The notes beneath the pieces were generated by a model, which saw only the letters and a program-made list of their open reading frames with translations, did not search any database and had not been told where the DNA came from. Positions 56,366-64,000 of a stretch of DNA of 64,000 bases are shown piece by piece. This DNA is from Histomonas meleagridis 2922-C6/04-290x. Its lineage: Eukaryota; Protista; Parabasalia. The position numbers and the translations under genes were made by a program. The stretch lies in assembly GCA_020184695.1 (NCBI GenBank), contig JAANOX010000011.1:372001-436000 (forward strand), given 5' to 3'. Numbering within the stretch: position 1 is the first letter of the stretch; each line of letters starts with the position of its first letter.

Positions 56366-57864
56366 TTTCGTTTAATTCCTTGAAGAAATCTAACGGATAT
56401 TTGAATTCAATTTCGACAGGTTTTTATTCATTTGTGAATTTATGCTATTATAGATTTATGTTGTCTTTATAAAGCTATTATGTATATGGCAAAGAATAAT
56501 TATTGTAAATATGTATTGCAATAAATAATTATTATAATGACATATTTATAATTAAAATTTGTATTGATTGAACATGAAATATATAAAATATTTTTATTAT
56601 AAAAAGAATTTTTAATAATATATCTTTTTATTAGTTTTCCTTTAATTAAATATTTTATACACTATAATGCTTAGGTTGTATTATAAAATGCAATCAAATT
56701 CATGTTGAATTACATATGGAAATACTCAAGGAAAATTTAATTTTATTTTATATCTGAGTAAAAAGCGAATACTGAAGGAAAAGTATGTTAAATTAAAATT
56801 GTTTCTTTAAGATCATCTTAGTGTTTGCACCTAGATTACTCAAATTAACAATACATTATTTTATTACCATATTATTACTTTTACATGGTAACTGGATTAA
56901 TCATTTATATATTATTTTATAAATAAAAAAATAAATTAAACAAAATTTTGTTTAATTAACAAAGTTGATCTGATAAAATGATGGTACAAATGTTGTCTTT
57001 GGTATTCATGTATATAATTTCAGTTTGATACTGATAAATATGCTTACTCTATAGTTACGTTAACGTAAATATTTAAAAAAAAAAAGAAGGCAATGAAAAA
57101 CATGTAGACATACAACAAAAACTCAAATAAATCATTAATTATATCGTTTATTAGCAAATAGAAATTTTAATATATTTTCAGCCCCAAAAATATTACTTAA
57201 TTTATATTTGATTAGAAAATCGAGAATAAAATTTCTCCTAAGTGAAGTGAGTGAAAAATAGGAATATTACGAAAATTACAAATTTAAATCGAAAAAATTA
57301 TTAGATATATACAATTAAATATGTTCTCTATGAAAAATGCTACAGTATTAGCTTAAACTATATTAAGGTGTATGTTTGCAGTTTTTTTTCCCGTATAAAG
57401 GTTTTTCATGGGAGCCTAGATAGGCTTATTATTTATTGAGAAAACAATTAATAATTAATAATTTTGACTGTTCTTGTGATGTTTAAGTGTATTTTAATTA
57501 CTAATTAATTCCAGATATTTTATGTTACATAAATATGCTTGTAACTTTCGATTGAAATTGCTTTCCATTAATTAAGTTGTGCCACTTTATCACTTACATT
57601 TCTTAACAGCTTAACATATAAAAAATCTTTTGAACTCCTTGTATAGAGATAACATTTTAAATAAAAATCCCTTCTTGGATTTTGGTGTTGGATGAAATTG
57701 GTCAATTTCCAATTTCGTGTCGCCCCACATTTTTCAATTATGGACAATTCCAGGATTGAGCATCGAGAGGATTCCTTTCAATCTTGTCCATGGTTTAGGC
57801 TTGCCACAATTATAATGATAATTTTGAATTTATCAAACATCATTCATTGAGATATATGATATTT

Positions 57865-58737
57865 TTATTTAAGAATTGCAAATATTAGTAATATAATCAC
57901 TAAAACTAAAAGCACAATTGCGCATATCCACATGCGCGACTTTTTCTGATAAGATGCAGCTTTGACAATATCGTTGTGCGCCACAACTGCATTATTTAAT
58001 GCCGTTTCGATGCAGAAATCGATTCTGTCTGTGAGTTCCGAGTGCATTGCAATGATGTTACCAAGTTCAGCAAACAGATCGTGAACAACTGCAGCTCTCC
58101 GTGCAAGTTCCTCGATTTCTTGTTCGTCATCATGAAGAGTTATTCGTTCTTGATCTACGTTGTCAGCCAAAGTGAAATCATAGTTTTCAATAGTTGTATC
58201 GTTTGATTCATGTTGTGCAATATTCTTTTGCACACTGGCTGAAAATGTTTGCTGAGCAATATTATGCTTGAAAGAAAATTTGTTGAGTTTTTCTTTTAGA
58301 GAAAATTGAAGATTTTGAATAATAATTTTACAGTCTTCATTTTCAGACGAATCAAGTTCTAACATTTCACACGTTTTCTTAAGTTCTACAATTTTGTTAT
58401 TTATGGTAGCGGTTAATGAACTTATCTTTTCATTGGTATCATCAACTATAAACGTTGGACGAAGAAATTGTTTTTGTAACTTACTTAAATTATCCTCTTC
58501 AACCTGTAGGTGTTCTATTTCATATTTTATGTTTCTTGCCATTTGAAAGTAAGGATTGAGGATAGATTCATTTGAAATTTTTGAAGATTTTGAAATGAGA
58601 GGAAATGATTCTTCTCCATTAGCATTTGCGTTTAAAATGGTTTTTGACTTAAAGTTTTTAAAATAACTTGTTTGGTCTCTGTTTGCTCCAATTGTTTGAA
58701 GATACAACCCAAATAATTCAATATAAAATTCATTCAA
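57865..58737 (-). CDS. Qa-SNARE syntaxin (Syntaxin16/Tlg2-like)
   Basis: Habc region with FLRPTF; SNARE motif DDEQEIEELARR..LFAELGNIIAMHSELTDRIDFCI; C-terminal TM. Confidence 0.88.
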   Translation of the reverse strand: MNEFYIELFGLYLQTIGANRDQTSYFKNFKSKTILNANANGEESFPLISKSSKISNESILNPYFQMARNIKYEIEHLQVEEDNLSKLQKQFLRPTFIVDDTNEKISSLTATINNKIVELKKTCEMLELDSSENEDCKIIIQNLQFSLKEKLNKFSFKHNIAQQTFSASVQKNIAQHESNDTTIENYDFTLADNVDQERITLHDDEQEIEELARRAAVVHDLFAELGNIIAMHSELTDRIDFCIETALNNAVVAHNDIVKAASYQKKSRMWICAIVLLVLVIILLIFAILK

Positions 58738-58914
58738 AAACGACAGACGTTAAGGGCACAGTACGACCAAATATGTATTGAAAATATTTTGGCATAGAAC
58801 GAAAATATCTTAATTCATTTATACACAACATAAAAGAAATATCGAAATATAATTATTAATTTGTATGACAAAAGAAAATTGATATTTATTTTTCATTATC
58901 TAATCTTGCAATTT

Positions 58915-60141
58915 ATGCAAATTAATTTGATGAAATATTTTTTTCCAAACTCCCAACTTGTTCAGATTTGTCACTTTTTTGCTTTATTTATTCTTGTGAA
59001 CAATCTTGTTTCATCATTTACACAATCAACAATTTTTGTATCAAAATTGAGAGTCTTTTCTGCCAAAATACACTGGTTATTTTCATCATCTTCATATACA
59101 TCATCATCTTCATATACACAAGTGAACACAAATATTATAATTTCAACTACAGTGTATACAAGTTCGCGTACATATGTTTCTTCTTATTACTATTCATATA
59201 AAAGTACTTTAACATCAACAAAATCGACAACATATTCATACACAACGACAGAAATAAAATGTTCTCCTAGTATGTCTGTTAAAAAATGTTACGATATGAT
59301 TAATATTCTTATTACAACTAAAACATCGACATATACACACTCAAGAATTCAAATACAAACAGTTTCTCCTTCTTATATTCAAAGTTCATATCAATCTGTT
59401 ACAACAGAAGTTTCATCAACTTCATCACTTACATATAAACAAATATCAACACAAATTATAACAAATGTGCCATCTCCAACATATTCCAACACATTATCAG
59501 AAACAATGATACCAAAGACAACATTTGTATCATCAATTACACTCACCAAATCGAATCATTTTACTTTATATCCAGAATTTACTTTATCAAATTCATTAAC
59601 TATTTCAAGTTCTTTAACATTAACAAATTCATTAACCATTTCGACCATTATTACTTTATCTAATTCAATAACATTAACAAATTCAAATATTTCCTCAAAT
59701 TCATTAACAGAATCATATTCACGAATAAAAGATTCATTAACATTTTCATATACATTGATTTATTTCTTGTCATTTACAGAAACAATCACCTTAATTTCAT
59801 TGTCAACAAATTCATTTGTTTTATCAAGATTAAATTCTGATATTACTATATTACTCTCGAAATATATTTTTTATAATTTTTCAGTAATTAAGTTTTCTAC
59901 TTATTTAAGCTTTTATTCTTGATTCTTTGTTTCTTATGTGCAGGACGAAATAAATGATAATACAATTAACAAAAGTATCTTGATTGGTATTATATGTGGC
60001 GCTGTGGTAATTGTTTTTATTATCATTGGAATTATATTTTTCCTTATAAGAAACAAAAATATTAAAACTGTAGAACAATCATCAAGAAGTCTTGAAGATG
60101 ATAATGAACTTGTTATAGAAAGTACAGAAAGACCCGATTAA
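58915..60141 (+). pseudogene. Ser/Thr-rich surface (stalk-TM) protein gene with one in-frame TGA before the TM
   Basis: ORFs 58861-59922 and 59938-60141 are in the same frame, separated only by TGA at 59920-59922; TM SILIGIICGAVVIVFIIIGIIFFL follows. Confidence 0.6.
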
Positions 60142-60583
60142 GCAATTGGAGGATTATTAGAAAATGAAAAAGATTTATGGATCTAATATAACGTAATTGA
60201 AAAGTATATATTTTTATGTACATTACGAATACTAAAAAACATGAAGGATTATCTCATTGTGTACTATGGTTTATTTGTTTTCAACTTAATAAAAAAAATT
60301 GATTTTTTTTTGCTTCAATTTTAACCTCAAATGACACTTTTAACGCTTTTCCGATCACAAAGAGTTTGATTCAATATTGAAATGTTTATTTTTGATATTA
60401 AGAAAAAAATAAACAGAACGCTTATTCATATAAACTTTTATCAGAAAAATTGAACGCTTTCACCATATCAACGATAAAAGACACTTTCCGAATGTGGCAG
60501 ATAAACCTTTGGAATCCAAAATTCTTTTAAAAAGTTTACTTAAGATTGAATTTCAATCTAACCGCTTTTGGTCTCAAAAGCAA

Positions 60584-63472
60584 ATGCTGTTTCTTCTGCC
60601 TTTTTTATCTTTTTCCTTGATTCAAATTTCGATTAATAATGAAACAAAAGTTACTGGAAATGACCTCTATGATGCATTTAAACAGGCAGAACTCAGAGAA
60701 TTTGAAAAATTCGATGTGAACATATTCGGAGGAGAATTTAAAATTTTGAATGAAACTTATAAGAATCTTTCAGAATATACGAATAAGATTGTTAACTTTT
60801 TGATTGAAGAAGATGTTATAGTTCCAAACCAAACGTTTCAATATCCATTTTTAAATGCTTCTCAAAAACTGAGAAATGTCGAAATAAGATGTCAAGTTTC
60901 CTCAGTACCTTCAAATTTCCTTTCAAATTGTCCAAATCTTCTTGTGGTTATTTTAGCTCAACCAAATTACATAGGAAATTCATGTTTTGCCTCATCCAAA
61001 AACCTTCTAGTTGTTAACTTACCTAATGTTACCACTGTTGGTCACAGTGCATTTTCAGATTGTTTTAAACTTCTCCATATTCGAATTCCAAAACTTGAAA
61101 CATGTGAATATGACACATTTATATATTGCCAACGCCTTATAAATGTGTCATTTGAGTGTCTTACTCAAGTTCCTGATCGAATGTTTTATGGATGCTCATC
61201 ATTAGAAATTGCATATTTACCAAATATTCTATCCATTGGACAAAGGGCATTTCAAAATTGTCTTTCCCTTGAATATGCCAATTTTTCCGAGGTTCAAAAC
61301 ATTTCATCTTATGCTTTTTTTGGAGCACGTAGTTTGCAATGGATTGATTTACCAAAGTTAGAATATGCTTCCGGCGCATTCTTGGACACAGATTGTGTTT
61401 CATTATTTAACTTAACATTTCCAAGCTTGAAGGAGATTCCCGATAATGCATTTAGTGGCTTAACAAACATCGAATACATTTATGTCCCTAATGCGACTAT
61501 ATTTGGTTCTGGAAGTTTTAGTAATTTATTATATGATCCATTTATTCACTCAAAAGTTGAGCAAATGAAAGACTTTGTATTTAACAATAGTTCTAATTTG
61601 AGGAGTATAATATTTGAGAATTGTGTTGATATTGGAAACGATGTGTTTAATGATTGTCATTTTTTGACAGATGTTCATCTTCCTAAGTTAAAACATTGTG
61701 GTTCTTATGCATTTGCTAATTGTTATCGTTTGGTAAACTTAGAATTACCAAATCTAACGAATTGTGGAGATAATTCATTTGATTCTTGTACTCGATTATA
61801 TAACATATCATTACCTATAATCAAGAACATATCAGATTATTCATTTAGGAGTTGTTATTCCTTAAAAATAGTTTCATTTCCCCAATTAGAAAGATGTGGA
61901 AGTTATTCATTCCAAAATTGTATTAATTTGGATATCATTAATTTTCAAGAAGTTGTATATATCGGAGAAGCAGCATTTGAAAATTGTTATAACATAACAC
62001 AAATTTTGTTACCTAAGTTAAAAGATTGTAGTGACTCAGCGTTTTCTAATTTAGAGAAACTCGAAACTATATATTTACCAAATCTTGAAATCGTTGGAAA
62101 TAATATATTTAATAATACAGTTAATATTAAAGAAATACTTTTACCAAACGTCAAAAGTATTGGAAATGATTTCTTAATGAATTCACATTATATTAAAAAT
62201 ATTACATTTCCAATTTTGGAATCTATTGGACAACATGCATTTGAATATTGTGAACGCTTAGAGACAATTAGTTTTCCGAAAATATCAGCTGTATCTGCGC
62301 ATTTCCTATGTACATGTAAATCAATAACAGAAATTTATTTCCCTAATTTAACAAGTATCAATGAACATTTCGTACATTCATGTCCAAATTTGGTTAACAT
62401 TTCATTACCGAAACTTGAGACTATCCAAGGAGTCTGTTTTGAAAATTGCTCAAAGTTAAGCGAATTAATATTAGAAGCTGATGAAGTTAAAGGTGATGGG
62501 CCTATAATCAAAGATTGCATCTCATTACGTAAAGTTGTATTACGAAATCTCGAAACTTCTCCGACAGGTTTATTCGCTTTAGTTGATAGTTTAGTCGAAG
62601 TTGATTTACCAATTTGTCATACTTCAAATGGTATGACATTTTCCGGATGTTCTAATCTTAAAACAGTTAATATTCCAACGTTAGGTAACTTAGCAGATTA
62701 TGACTTCTATGCATGCTTTAGTCTTGAATCAGTTTCTTTCCCAGAAGTATATCGTGCATTAGGCGAAAGCTTCTTTGCTTATTGTACGAGTTTAGTACAT
62801 GTTGAACTTAGTTGTTGTATTCGAATTGGGGAATATACATTCTCTGGATGTACTTCATTAAAGAATGTTAGCGCAGTAAGTTTGAACACTATTGGCGGAG
62901 GATCTTTTATGGGTTGTACATCATTAACAAATTTAACATTTTTGGCAGTGACGACACTTGAAGGCGGAAAGAATTTCTTCGGATGTGTTAACTTAGAATG
63001 TATAATTTTGCCGATTTTACATACTGTCCGTAATTGTTCTTTCGTCTTCGCGGGATGTGAAAAATTGGAAGTGTTACAATTCTCTTCAATCGTAATGGAA
63101 TTTGACAAAACATCATTTTGGAATTTGTCTCAAAATATTTATTTGTGCTTGAAAGAAGAAAATCAATACGCAGTATATTCAGATAACTGCAGACAAAATA
63201 ATGGAACAGATTGCGATAATTATTGGAATGGTATTAAAATTAATGTAGAAGATAACACGTTAAGAGATAAATGCAAAGGTTTGACAAATTTCAATAATGA
63301 TAATGATAATAAGATAGTTATTATTGTCGTGTCTGTTGTCGTGTGTTTAGTGGTGGTGGTGACTCCAATTATATTATACACGTGTTACTTGTATAGGAAG
63401 AATAAGAGAGAAAAAGAAAATATCGAAAAAATACCGCGAGTGAAAATTTCGATTTATGATGGAATATTATAA
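60584..63472 (+). CDS. BspA-like LRR_5 surface protein (FPxL-type repeats) with TM
   Basis: Signal-like MLFLLPFL at 60584; about 30 repeats of the type LPKLxxxGxxAFxxC; TM IVIIVVSVVVCLVVVVTPIILY. Confidence 0.92.
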   Translation: MLFLLPFLSFSLIQISINNETKVTGNDLYDAFKQAELREFEKFDVNIFGGEFKILNETYKNLSEYTNKIVNFLIEEDVIVPNQTFQYPFLNASQKLRNVEIRCQVSSVPSNFLSNCPNLLVVILAQPNYIGNSCFASSKNLLVVNLPNVTTVGHSAFSDCFKLLHIRIPKLETCEYDTFIYCQRLINVSFECLTQVPDRMFYGCSSLEIAYLPNILSIGQRAFQNCLSLEYANFSEVQNISSYAFFGARSLQWIDLPKLEYASGAFLDTDCVSLFNLTFPSLKEIPDNAFSGLTNIEYIYVPNATIFGSGSFSNLLYDPFIHSKVEQMKDFVFNNSSNLRSIIFENCVDIGNDVFNDCHFLTDVHLPKLKHCGSYAFANCYRLVNLELPNLTNCGDNSFDSCTRLYNISLPIIKNISDYSFRSCYSLKIVSFPQLERCGSYSFQNCINLDIINFQEVVYIGEAAFENCYNITQILLPKLKDCSDSAFSNLEKLETIYLPNLEIVGNNIFNNTVNIKEILLPNVKSIGNDFLMNSHYIKNITFPILESIGQHAFEYCERLETISFPKISAVSAHFLCTCKSITEIYFPNLTSINEHFVHSCPNLVNISLPKLETIQGVCFENCSKLSELILEADEVKGDGPIIKDCISLRKVVLRNLETSPTGLFALVDSLVEVDLPICHTSNGMTFSGCSNLKTVNIPTLGNLADYDFYACFSLESVSFPEVYRALGESFFAYCTSLVHVELSCCIRIGEYTFSGCTSLKNVSAVSLNTIGGGSFMGCTSLTNLTFLAVTTLEGGKNFFGCVNLECIILPILHTVRNCSFVFAGCEKLEVLQFSSIVMEFDKTSFWNLSQNIYLCLKEENQYAVYSDNCRQNNGTDCDNYWNGIKINVEDNTLRDKCKGLTNFNNDNDNKIVIIVVSVVVCLVVVVTPIILYTCYLYRKNKREKENIEKIPRVKISIYDGIL

Positions 63473-64000
63473 ATTAAGAAGTAAAGATATAGTAAAATGG
63501 ATTAGTTAGAGTTTTCTTTAAAATTGTGTTTTTACTGTGTAAAAAATAGTTAGAAAAGGTTTCGCGATTTACTAATTTTTTAATTTAAAATTTTGGTTTT
63601 GAAAGTATTTTATTGATTATTAAGCTTTAGATTAACCTCATGGTATTTATGATGGTTATATTGTTTTTTTTAGAGGATACAATGGATTGGATTAATTTAA
63701 AATTTGAAACTTCGCTTTTTTAAAATACATATGAAAACAATCTTAGTTTAGTATTCGAAGATGATTATTGTGATCTTATGTTGGCTGATCAGCGGATTAT
63801 TTAGCGATTAAGTTTCGTTTGGTGTGCCCCAAATTCCTCATCACCAATAAAATGGAATTCTTTGGCAATAGCTTCTCGACATTATCACACTATTTGCCAA
63901 AATCTACATCTGATTGGATTTTTCTTTTATCAATAATCCCAAAAACTAAAACATATTTTTGGATTTCTCGAATTTCATCTTGCTTTTTTGTAAGATCTTC

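Noticed and set aside
31409-59922. Alternative genetic code suggested by isolated in-frame TAA (31409) and TGA (59920)
   Set aside because: Conserved genes in the window terminate normally with TAA, TAG and TGA and contain no internal stops.

Overview
AT-rich, gene-dense eukaryotic DNA that looks like a parabasalid (Trichomonas/Tritrichomonas/Histomonas-like) genome. The basis is BspA-like LRR surface proteins, DUF3447-type ankyrin genes, many small GTPases, very short intergenic spacers with Inr/M3-like motifs, and no recognisable GT-AG introns; the species cannot be fixed from sequence alone. The window holds about 30 intact housekeeping or family genes (RasGEF, HID1-like, CFAP299, RhoGAP, Sey1, Prp43-like helicase, Rabs, Rpn12, gamma-tubulin complex protein, Tousled-like kinase, syntaxin and others). 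It also has two tRNAs (Arg-ACG, Pro-TGG), two very long perfect microsatellites, a decayed pogo-type DDE transposase, a bacterial-type ketopantoate reductase and an Old Yellow Enzyme. The standout is the ankyrin gene at 1-2553. Its stop-free 93-nt ankyrin modules are separated at the same codon position by AT-rich, stop-containing, frame-breaking spacers of exactly 77 nt (11 of 12 spacers, period 170 nt), with no GT-AG boundaries. Each spacer carries a fixed-position TTT-GGA motif that would supply the missing ankyrin Gly. The same spacer recurs at a second locus about 25 kb away. This suggests an undescribed length-defined intron, micro-exon or translational bypass system; RNA or protein data are needed to test it.
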